In this document: in pieces, positions 39,657 to 50,519 of the stretch
How positions within the stretch are numbered: position 1 is the stretch's first letter
Layout: every line of letters starts with the position of its first letter
Source: Felis catus
Lineage: Eukaryota
Assembly (NCBI RefSeq): GCF_018350175.1
Contig: NC_058368.1
Location: forward strand, 160,768,001 to 160,832,000
Length of the DNA stretch: 64,000 nucleotides
Direction: 5' to 3'
The notes under the pieces: model-generated
What the model saw: the letters and a program-made list of their open reading frames with translations, nothing else
Told to the model about the DNA's origin: nothing
The model's database searches: none
Made by a program: the position numbers and the translations under genes

Positions 39657-40750
39657 AAAAGGTTATCTTGGAATTCCTACCCCGTTGTGGTCCCAATTAC
39701 AACAGTGGAAAAAAAGGAGTCAGTAACTTTCCTCAGAAAGAGGCCCCAGAAAACCATACAAGAACTTAGAAAAGTGCATGTATGCGTTGTAATGGGTAGA
39801 TTGCTACTGCCATTAAAGTGCTTTGCTCGAATCTCTTTGGAAGCATTTTATGGGGAGTATAGCTGACTTTCAGCCTCCAGCTGTAACCCTATTAGTTCCA
39901 CCACATACAGACCAAGGCCTGTTTCTTTTGGGCTCTACAGCCCTGCTTCTTCCAGGCTGCACCCAGCCAAAGACTAAGCCTGATACGGAGTCCTAGGTTC
40001 ATTTGACTTCTGTCCACTTTAGGGCTCCACTGAGGGGTGGCTCATTGGCCAGGTCAGATTTTTCTCACAACTGGCATGTGGACCGAGACACTTCCTACCC
40101 AGACCTTCTTTTTACAGTTGTTAATCTTGCATCATTTTCTGAAAGCTCTCCATTCCTACCCCTGCTCTCATGGTGGACCACCTTTCATCTTGGAGTTTGT
40201 GAAGGCATTTTCATTAGTTTCTGGATATGTTGTCCAGAAGATTTTGGATTCCCCAGTAGTTGGTCTAATTAGGATTTGGAAAGACCCAAATCTGTGTTGC
40301 CACCACTGCCACCATATTCCCCAAAGTCCAACCATTAAGTTTGTACAGAAAAAGATCTAATGTTTTTTTATCAGCTGTATCATCCATATGATATCCATAT
40401 TCTAAACAAATACTGAGGTATATAATTTTCTTATTTATTCAGTAATTTTAGAACACATAGTGGAAATGTGGATTCTAGAAAGTTACTTCTAAGCACAACT
40501 ATAGGCAAAACACAGAGAAACTGAGTTCAGGAGAGTTGACAGTATAATTGCAACAATATCAATAATTTTGCCATAATTAATGGGCTGAATTTATATATAA
40601 AACAATTTTTTAGACAATTTCCATACAGTTGCTAATAAAATTATAAATAGGAGTAGAGGAGTCATAATATATTTCTCTTATTCTAGGAGTAAAATCTCAC
40701 TATAGTGTTAATCCAGGAATTTTTAGGAGTTAACATTATCATCTCCACAG

Positions 40751-41017
40751 GGAACTTTCTTATATTCAGCAAACTTTGATAATTCTGCAAGTGAAGATAT
40801 GTACTCAGATTTTATTTATTATTTTACATTTATTTATTTATTTATTTTGAGACAGAGACGGAGGGGCAGAGAGAGAATCCCAAGTCAGGCTGCATATCCG
40901 GTGCAGAGCCTGACGTGGCGCTCAATCCCACAAACCACAAAATCATGACCTGAGCGAAAATCAAGAGTTGCACAGTCAATTAACTCACCACCCAGGTACC
41001 CCAGTACTAAAATCTTA
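40751..41017 (+). pseudogene. MROH-like exon remnant interrupted by a SINE
   Basis: ctccacag acceptor. RELSYIQQTLIILQVKICT, and after removing the SINE, KIL|gtacaa. Ungapped register with MROH1 LRSGLLHVAIRIRPFFD. Confidence 0.65.
40815..41003 (-). mobile_element. SINEC (aatcaagagt subtype) inserted in a pseudogene exon
   Basis: Diverged TSD gtactcagatttta / gtactaaaatctta (11/14). Confidence 0.9.
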
Positions 41018-41115
41018 GTACAAAGAATATCAGTATCCATGAGCAAATGAAAAGTGACATCCTTTATTTTAGCAAGTTATACATAAGATATTCATTTGGT
41101 ATATATAATTTGTAG

Positions 41116-41192
41116 AGAGAAAGAGAAAAGGTATATTCAGTTGGAAATTCTATGCCATGGCACACAATTCTGACATAAAAGGAAATGGCATT
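41116..41192 (+). pseudogene. MROH-like exon remnant
   Basis: tttgtag acceptor and gtaaaa donor. REREKVYSVGNSMPWHTILT*KEMA versus MROH1 SEKMEFRTASIRLFGHL. Phase joins the next exon. Confidence 0.55.
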
Positions 41193-41455
41193 GTAAAAAT
41201 TGAAGTCATTTTGACTGAGAGAAGTAAAACAGAGGAAATTTCTAAGTAACAGAAAGCAGTTAAAGCTGCCCTTAGAGAACTGTAACTTACATAACTATAA
41301 CTTACTGACACTTAAAAGAGAGATAATAATTTGTGTAGACACTAAGTTTGGCAGAGCTATGGGGATAATATATCTTTTTCAATATCAAACATTATTTCAT
41401 TTTTGATGTCAAGTCTTTCCTACAATATTAACTTTTTATACTATGTTTTCCTCAG

Positions 41456-41532
41456 TGACCTTGATCAACATGTGAGAAATAATCAACCCCATTTTCCTAT
41501 GTCTTGAAGAGATGTCAGTCAGTGTAGTATAG
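41456..41532 (+). pseudogene. MROH-like exon remnant
   Basis: ttttcctcag acceptor. DLDQHVR(fs)[17 protein letters not shown] versus the MROH L-x-(P/S)-(L/F)LLHL(Q/W)DP-x-P-x-(V/I) motif. The exon ends where I recall an intron in MROH genes. Confidence 0.75.
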
Positions 41533-41649
41533 GTCCTCATTGGTACTTGAAAGCTGCATCCTCCTTAACAAACAAAAAAAAATGAATTTTATATTAGGCA
41601 GATGTGACATCAACCGAAACCATGAGTTTTAGTCTGCAGAATATTTTAG

Positions 41650-41783
41650 ATTGCAACAAAATAGTTAGTTTCTGTTTCCATCCAGTGGGATTTTGTGAGA
41701 TGGAATTATTGTGAGATAAAATTCATGGTAGATGAGACAAAGGCAGGGTAGTCTGAGACCTAATCTTGATTTCTCCACATTTA
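41650..41783 (+). pseudogene. MROH-like exon remnant
   Basis: CNKIVSFCFHPVGFCEMELL*DKIH...ISPHL versus MROH2B [25 protein letters not shown], ungapped, with C, C, G, E and D identical. Ends HL like MROH1 TCKHL. Donor appears mutated (atatat). Confidence 0.8.
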
Positions 41784-41895
41784 ATATATTTATTTTTAGA
41801 ATTATATGTAAATGTTATCCCCCAACTTTCAAGCTGTTAAATACATTTGTCATGTGGCATATCACTAATTGCATTAGTATTTATTTGATCACCAG

Positions 41896-41974
41896 ATTGC
41901 TCATATGATAGTCTTTAGAAAATGCATTTTTCTACAGTAACTTTTGGGAATCCTGGCTTCCTCCAGGATACTAG
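41896..41974 (+). pseudogene. MROH-like exon remnant
   Basis: caccag acceptor and TAG|gttcac donor. SLENAFFYSNFWE(fs)ILASSRILG versus MROH1 LLTTCLFYFKSSWENVRAAAPLFTG. Confidence 0.7.
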
Positions 41975-42101
41975 GTTCACTGTTCACTGCTTAATTTTGA
42001 AATGAAAGTAAATAAGTGCTTGATACTTCATCTCTCTGGCTTTACAACCAAAGCAACCTGCGTCTTACCATTCTAGTATGATTCTGGAAGAGACTTTTCA
42101 A

Positions 42102-42304
42102 TTTTGTTTTTCACGTTTATTCATTTTTTGAGAAACAGAGTGTGATCAGGGCAGGGGCAGAGAGAGGGAGACACAGAATCTGAAGCAGGCTCCAGGTTCT
42201 GAGCTGTCAACACAGAGTACAATGCGGGGCTTGAACCCACAAACCATGAGATCATGACCTGAGCCGAAGCCGGACATTTAAACGACTGAGCCACCCAGGT
42301 GCCC
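42102..42304 (-). mobile_element. SINEC
   Basis: TSD tggaagag(a/c)cttttcaa. Confidence 0.95.
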
Positions 42305-42921
42305 TGGAAGAGCCTTTTCAAACCTTCCTAGGGAGCAAGAAACTCATTTTTTCTTAGTCACTACTGCACATGGATCACCAACACTTTGGACAGGCAAGGA
42401 GATTAGGAGAATTTCTCTTAATTCACCATTAAATATCCTATCATTTCCTCTTTCCCACCCCACCAACAAAACGTGCCACCAAAGCCATTTTGAGTGATGT
42501 CACTCAAGGCATTTTTTTTCTCATCTGTTAAATGGCAATGGTATGGGCTTGAAAGGACTGTTATGAGGCAGTATATTGGAACTTCCTAAGAAAGTAATAA
42601 ACTGCCCAAGTGGCAGCTATGCTGTGATGTTCTGTAAAATCTTTGCACACCTATTGTGAATCATTATTTCAAATTGACAAATTAAAGACAAACAAATGCA
42701 CAGATAACAGACAGCCAGTTACCAGCAGCCTAAGGAGGTCCCCACAGTGAATTTTCCCTTCTTTGATTTTTTAAGTCATTTGGAATATGACCATTGGTGG
42801 AATACATTTAAAACAAAACTTTACTAATGTCCTACATCCAACCAAAGAAAGCTTCAACTAAATCACCAGTATTCTTATTTTGAACATTTTGGAAATGTCT
42901 CTTTGTCTATTTTTTCCACAG

Positions 42922-42992
42922 GTATATTTAATGGGATTATGTTAGCTTTTGATCCATAGGTTACCACCGTTAATGTTTACATTCTCTTCATA
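42922..42992 (+). pseudogene. MROH-like exon remnant
   Basis: Strong acceptor ctttgtctattttttccacag, phase 1 as required. GIFNGIMLAFDP*VTTVNVYILFI versus MROH1 GFLVLHSEPRQQPQVDLDQLIA. Confidence 0.65.
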
Positions 42993-43155
42993 TGATACAA
43001 AATTTATATTATGAACTATATAGCATATATAACTTACATATTATATACTATAAAATTATAAACCTAATTATTTTATTATTATAAGCTATAATAATCCCTT
43101 AAATAAACCTAGACTTCAAGATTCTAAACTATAACAGAATACTTATTGTAATTTT

Positions 43156-46100
43156 TATTCTTTTAATATGGAATTTATTGTCAAATTGGTTTCCATACAA
43201 CACACAGTGCTCATCCCAACAGCTGTCCTCCTCAATGCCAATCACCCACTTTCCCCTCACTCCCACCCCCAATCAAACTTCAGTTAATTCTCAGTTTTTA
43301 AGAGTCTCTTATTATTTACCTCCTTTCCTCTCTAGCTTTTTTTTCCCCCTTCCCCTCCCCCATGGTCTTCTGTTAAGTTTCTCAGGATCCACATAAGAGT
43401 GAAAACATATGGTATCTGTCTTTCTCTGTATGACTTATTTCACTTAGCATAACACTATCCCGTTCCATCCACGTTGATACAAAAGGCCATATTTCATTCT
43501 TTCTCATTGCCACGTAGTATTCCATTCTATGTATATAAACCACAACTTCTTTACCCATTCATCAGTTGATGGACATTTAGGCTCTTTCCATAATTTGGCT
43601 ATTGTTGAAAGTGCTGCCATAAACATTGGGGTACAAGTGCCCCTATACATCAGTACTCCCGTATCCCTTGGGTAAATTCCTAGCAGTGCTATTGCTGGGT
43701 CATAGGGTAGATCTATCTTTAATTTTTTGAGGAACCTCCACACTGGTTTTCAGAGCAGCTGCACCAGTTTGTATTCCCGCCAACAGTGCAAGAGGTTTCC
43801 TGTTTCTCCACATCCTCGCCAGCATCTATAGTCTCCTGATTTGTTCATTTTAGCCACTCTGACTGGCGTGAGGTGTTATCCCAGTGTAGTTTTGATTTAT
43901 ATTTCCCTGATGAGGAGTGACGTCGAGCATCTTTTCATGTGCCTGTTGGCCATCTGGATGTCTTTACAGAGGTGTCTATTCATGTCTTTGGCCCATTTCT
44001 TCAGTAGATTATTTGTTTTTCGGGTGTGGAGTTTGGTGAGACCTTTATAGATTTTGGATACGAGCCCTTTGTCCGATATGTCATTTGCAAATATCTTTTC
44101 CCATTCTGTCAGCTGCGTTTTAGTTTTGTTGATTGTTTCCTTTGCAGTGCAGAAGCTTTATCTTCATAAGGTCCATATAGTTCATTTTTGCTTTTAATTC
44201 CTTTGCCTTTGGAGATGTGTCAAGTAAGAAATTGCTGCAGCTGAGGTCAGAGAGTTTTTTTCCTGCTTTCTCCTCTAGGGATTTGATGGTTTCCTGTCTC
44301 ACCTTCAGGTCCTTCATTCATTTTGAGTTTATTTTAGTGAGTGGTGTAAGAAAGTGGTCTAATTTCATTCTTCTGCATGTTGCTGTCCCGTTCCCCCAAC
44401 ACCATTTGTTAAAGAGACTGTCTTTTTTCCATTGGATATTCTTTGCTGCTTTGTCAAAGATGAGTTTGCCATACTTTTGTGGGTCCAATTCTGGAGTCTC
44501 TATTCTATTCCATTGGTCTCTGTGTCTGTTTTTGTGCCAATACCATGCTGTCTTGATGATTACAGTTTTGTAGTAGAGGCTAAAGTCTGGGATTGTGATG
44601 ACTCCCGCTTTGGTTTTCTTCTTCAATATAACTTTGGCTATTCGGGGTCTTTTGTGGTTCCATACAAATTTTAGGATTGCTTGTTCTAGCTTCGAGAAGA
44701 ATGCTGGTGCACATGTGATTGGAATTGCATTGAATATGTAGATTGCTATGGGTAATATTGACATTTTAACAATATTTATTCTTCCAATCCGCGAGCATGG
44801 AACGTTTTTCCATTTCTTTGTATCTTCTTCAATTTCCTTCATAGGCTTTCTATAGTTTTCAGCAAACAGATCTTTTAAATCTTTGGTTAGGTTTATTCCT
44901 AGGTATTTTATCGTTCTTAGTGCAATTGTGAATGGGATCAATTTCTTTGTCTTTCTGTTGCTTCATTATTAGTGTATAATGTACTAATTTCTGTACGTTA
45001 ATTTTGTACCCTGTGGCTTTGCTGAATTCATGTATCAGTTGTAGCAGACTTTTGGTGGAGTTTGTTGGATTTTCCATGTATAATATCATGTCATCTGCAA
45101 AAAGTGAAAGCTTGACTTCATCTTTGCCAATTTTGATGCCTTTGATTTCCTTTTGTTGTCTGATTGTTGATGCTAGAACTTCCAACACTATGTTAAACAA
45201 CAGTGGTGAGAGTGGACATCCCTGTCGTGTTCCTGATCTCAGGGGGAAAGCTCTCAGTTTTTCCTCATTGAGGATGATATTAGCTGTGGGCTTTTCATAA
45301 ATGGCTTTTATGATGTTTAAGTACATTCCTTCTATCCCGACTTTCTTGAGGGTTTTATTAAGAAGGAATACTGAATTTTGTCAAATGCTTTTTCTGCACC
45401 GATTGACAGGATCATATGGTTCTTTTCTTTTATTAATATGATGTATCACACTGATTGATTTGTGAATGTTGAACCAGCCCTGCAGCCAAGGAATGAATCC
45501 CACTTGATCATGGTGAAAAATTCTTTTTATATGCTGTTGAATTCCATTTGCTAGTATCTTGTTGAGAATTTTTGCATCCATATTCATCAGGGACATTGGC
45601 CTGTAGTTCTCTTTTTCTGCTGGGTGTTTGTCTCATTTAGGAATCAAAGTAATGCTGACTTCATAGAATGAGTCTGGAAGTTTTCCTTCCCTTTCTATTT
45701 TTTGGAACTACTTGAGAAGGATAGGTATTATTTCTGCTTTAAATGTCTGGTAGAACTCCCCTGGGAAGCCATCTGGTCCTGGACTCTTATTTGCTGGGAG
45801 ATTTTTGATAACTGATTCAATTTCTTCACTGGTTATGGGTCTGTTCAAGTTTTCTATTTCTTCCTGTTTGACTTTTGGAAGTGTCTGGGTGCTTAGGAAT
45901 TTGTCCATTTCTTCCAGGTTGTCTAGTTTGTTGGCATATACTTTTTCATAGTATTCCCTGATGATTGATTATATTTCTGAGGGATTGGTTGTAATAATTC
46001 CATTTTCATTCATGATTTTATCTATTTGGGTCATCTCCCTTTTCTTTTTGAGAAGCCTGGCTAGAGGTTTATCAAATCTGTTTATTTTTTCACAAAAACA

Positions 46101-48986
46101 ACTCTTGGTTTCATTCATCTGCTCTACAGTTTTTTTTTAGATTCTATATTGTTTATTTCTGCTCTGATCTTTATTATTTCTCTTCTTCTTCTGGTTTTGG
46201 GGTGTCTTTGCTGTTCTGCTTCTAGTTCCTTTAGGTGTGCTGTTAGATTTTGTATTTGGGATTTTTCTTGTTTCTTGAGATAGGCCTGGATTGCAATGTA
46301 TTTTCCTCTCAGGACTGCCTTCGCTGCATCCCAAAGCATTTGGATTGTTGTATTTGCATTTTCATTTGTTTCCATATATTTTTTAATTTCTTCTCTAATT
46401 GCCTGGTTGACCCATTCATTCTTCAGTAGGGTGTTCTTTAACCTCCATGCTTTTGGAGGTTTTCCACACGTTTTCCTGTGGTTGATTTCAAGTTGCATGG
46501 CATTGTGGTCTGAAAGTGTGCATGGTATGATCTCAATTCTTTTCTACTTACGAAGGGCTGTTTTGTGACCCAGTATGTGATCTATCTTGGAGAATGATCC
46601 ATGTGCATTCGAGAAGAAAGTATATTCTATTGCTTTGGGATGCAGAGTTCTAAATATATCTGTCAAGTCCATCTGATCCAATGTATCATTCAGGGCTCTT
46701 GTTTCTTTATTGATCCTGTGTCTAGATGATCTATCCATTGTTGTGAGGTATTAAAGTCCCCTACAATTACCACATTCTTATCAATAAGGTTGCTTATGTT
46801 TGTGATTGTTTTATATATTTGGGGCCTCCCATATTCAGTGCATAGACATTTATAATTGTTAGCTCTACCTAATGGATGGACCCTGTAATTATTATATAAT
46901 TCCCTTCTTCATCTCTTGTTACAGCCTTTAATTTAAAGTCTAGTTTGTCTGATATAAGTATGGCTATTCCAGCTTTCTTTTGACTTCCAGTAGCATGGTA
47001 AGTAGTTCTCCATCCCGTCACTTTAAATCTGAAGGTGTCCTAAGGTCTAAAATGAGTCTCTTGTAGACAGCAAATAGATGGGTCTTTTTTTTTAAATCCA
47101 TTCTGATACCCTATGGGGCATTTAGTGCATTTACATTCAGTGTTATTATTAAAAGTTAAGGGCTTAGAGTCATTGTGATGTCTGTAGGTTTCATGCTTGT
47201 AGTGATGTTCTGGTACTTTGTGGTCCTTGCAACATTTCACTCACAGAATCCCCCTTAGGATCTCTTGTAGGGCTGGTTTAGTGGTGATGAATTCCTTCAG
47301 TTTTTGTTTGTTGGGGAAAACCTTTATCTCCCTTTCTATTCTGAATGACAGACTTGCTGGATAAAGGATTCTCAGCTGCATATTTTTTCTGTTCATCACA
47401 TTGAAGATTTCCTGCCATTCCTTTCTGGTCTGCCAAGTTTCAGTGGATAGGTCTGCTACTACCCTTATGTGTCTACCTTTGTAAGTTAGAACCTGTTTAT
47501 CCCTAGCTGCTTTCAGAATTCCTTCTTTACCTTTGTATTTGCCACTTCCACTATGATATGTCGTGCAGAAGATCAATTCAAGTTACATCTGAAGGTAGTT
47601 CTCTGTGCCTCTTGGAGTTCAATGCCTGTTTCCTTATCCAGATCAGGGAAGTTCTCAGCTATGAGCTGTTCAAGTACACCTTCAGCTCCTTGCTCTCTCT
47701 CTTCTTTCTTCTGGAAATCCTATGATACGGATATTGTTCCATTTGATTGCATCACTTAACTCTCTAATTCTCCCTTCATACTCCTGGATTTTTTTTATTT
47801 CTCTTTTCCCACTATTTTATCTTCTAATTCACCTATTCTCTCCTCTGCCTCTTCAATTTGTGCTATGGCTGCCTCCGTTTTATTTTGCACCTCATTTATA
47901 GCATTTTTTAGCTCCTCATGACTATTTCTTAGCCCCTTGATCTCTGTAGCAATAGATTCTCTGCTGTCCTCTCTACTTTTTCAATCCCAGCGGTTATATT
48001 ATGACTATTATTCTAAATTCTTGTTCTGTTATATTGCTTAAATCATTTTTGATCAATTCGTTAGCTGTAGCTGCTTCCTGGAGTTTCTTTTGAAACTCCA
48101 TTTCGTCATTTTTGTTAGTCCTTGTGGTGGCTCCAAACTGCAAGGCACTTCTGCTGTGCTGTCTGGAGTAACTTGTGTTGGTGGGCGGGGCCACAGGCAG
48201 ACTGGTGTGTACCTCATCTTCCCCTCTCCCAGGGGCAGGACTCACTGTGGAGTGGTGTGACCCCAGTCTGGGCTACTTCCACACTGCCATGCTTGTGGTG
48301 CTGCCTCTCTGGGATCTGGCCCAGGGCGTATTACCTGGGGTGAATGTGCGAGGTGCACAGGGGCGGAAGTGTTAGGCTTAGCTTGCTTTGGGGTCAGTGG
48401 TCCCCTGTGGGAGGGACCCTGCAGCGCTGGGAGGGAGGCAGACTCTTAGGATGGATGTATTCACAGAAGCACAGGGTTGCAGGCAAGTTCAGTGACAGGA
48501 ACCAGTTCCCTTTGGAATTTCAACTGGAGGATGGGAAAGGAAAATGGCGCTTGCCAGAGCCTTTGTTCCCCTACTGAACTCTGTCCTTCCGGGGCTCAAC
48601 AAGTCTCCTTCCTGGTGTCCTCTCGCCCTCCCACTCTCCAAGAGCAGAGCTGTTGACTTTTAACATTCCAGATGTTAAGTCCTGCTTGTTGTCAGAAGTC
48701 GTGCAGTCCGGCCCCTCCGCTTTTGCAAGCCAGACTTCAGGGGATCTGCCTTGCCAGGCGGGCTGCCCCTCCACCGCCCCGGCTCTGTCTCGCTAGTCCA
48801 TGTAGCATGCGCTGCCTCTCTGCCCTTCCTACCCTTTTCTATGGGACTCTTGTCTATGCTTGGCTCCGGAAAGTCCATTTTGCTTATCTTCTGGCAGTTT
48901 TCTGGGTTATTTAGGCAGGTGTGGGTGGAATCTAAGAGATCTGCAGGATGAGGTGAGCCCAGCATCCTCCTATGCTGTCATCTTCC
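43156..48986 (-). mobile_element. Near-full-length, more diverged felid LINE-1
   Basis: Collinear with the 18821-24722 element. ORF1 and ORF2 are fragmented (RQGCPLSP and LFADD visible); 5' end GGAAGATGACAGCATAGG. Confidence 0.96.
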
Positions 48987-50519
48987 TGTCTCCATGCAGC
49001 CCTTTTATTGTTTGTGAGGAAGTTGTTCATATGTTTTTCAGGTCGTTTTCAGAGGGAATTGTTGCACATGTAGCTGTAGACTCGGTATGTTCATACAAGG
49101 AGGTGAATTCAGGATCTTCCTATGCTGTCATCTTGGACTGCCCAGATCACGAGGTGAGTGACAAAGGATGTGACTCTGGAACAGCCAGATGGGGGGGAGG
49201 AGGTGTGCAGCAAGGGCAGGCAGCTTCCCTGAGCTCGCCAGGCTGCCACTCTCCCTGCAGCTCCACATGGTCACCAATTGGAAGCTCCCTTATTATAATT
49301 TTAAATTGTAATTAATAGGCATTTAGTATATTTGAATTGCTAAATGAAAGTCTTCTACTACATTTGATGCTTAGTAATTTCAGAGTTACCTAAGAACAAA
49401 GGAAAATTGGAAGGAAAAAAGGCTTTCAGAGATTCAGAAGAAGTAACAATAGGAAATAATTAACATAATGAGAAATAATCCTTTTCGATCACTTCACTAA
49501 CTGAAGTTATGGTTACCCTTTAAACTACATAAAACCATTAAATATATTAGGGGGTTTAAGAGAAAATAATGATGAAAGGTACTGTGAATCATGACAGGAT
49601 TTTAAGTGGCTACATGTATCAAACATGAGCAATGGCCTCTAATGGTTACATCAGAAACAACATCTTCAAAACTTCCTTGTAAGATTAAATATTATTTAAA
49701 ATGGTATAAAGAAGTAAGATGAAAGGCGATAAAAGTAAAATATAATGGCCCAAATTTAGAAATTGTTATTAGTTGTTGCTCCTAATGTAGTACTTCTAAA
49801 AATCCACCTTCTCTCTGTAACGAAGAGGCTGAGCAAATAATCTCTTAATTTTTTTTCTTCTGTGATTAGACTAAGAAATCACCCCCAACTCTGAATGACT
49901 TTTCACTTCATACCAGATTCCTTCCCAACCAAATTACACTTGAAATTGATTCATCTTGAAATTAGGCCCATGAAGTTATTGAGTTGGTCAAGCTGAAATC
50001 TTGTTACAAAATTCTATAAACTTACTGTTGAATGTAAAACCTTTCACTGTAAACAAAATATGGCATAATTTTAAAAAAGCTGAAAACAGTTGGAAAATTT
50101 TCTGAAAGAGAAACTGAATGAAAGAAACTTCTTAGTGAAAGCCCACTAAAACATACAAATAAGCAAGGAAACACAGTAGCAGAAATTCAACACCTACCAT
50201 TATATCTTAACAGGTCGAGAAAGAAAACAAATTTAAAAATCACTACCACTCTTAAACTCTATAATATCTATGCTTCTCCCAGTATTAGAGGGGAAGAAAG
50301 GGGAGTGATCAAAATCTGATATTTATTCTTATTACCACCCAAAATGATACTGTGGAAGACCCATTGAATATGTGGGCAGGAAGTATATAAAGAGAGGTTG
50401 AAAACTCCTCTAGCATACATGTATAACTACCATTCAATGTGTCACTGCTGCTATATCCATCACTATTCTTTAAAGCTAAGAGGATACTTATAAAGAAAAG
50501 GCAGCTAGTTTAAATTGCT

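Larger units (their letters stand above)
1084..42992 (+). pseudogene. Multi-exon MROH-family (maestro HEAT-like repeat) pseudogene, C-terminal half; 5' part presumably lies left of the window
   Basis: About 17 segments, most bounded by AG and GT, whose translations match successive MROH1/MROH2B motifs in collinear order. Most carry in-frame stops or frameshifts. Several junctions are phase-compatible (1643/2925, 15242/15327, 17407/25443, 25621/40751, 41192/41456, 41974/42922). Alignments by eye from memory. Confidence 0.8.

Noticed and set aside
39785..40330. Overlapping ORFs 40003-40272 and 40037-40360 as coding exons
   Set aside because: No fit to the exon chain and no recognisable product; more likely an old LTR remnant, which I could not classify.
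1084..42992. Assigning a gene symbol such as MROH2B, MROH9 or MRO
   Set aside because: Similarity is family-level only and orthology cannot be determined without synteny.
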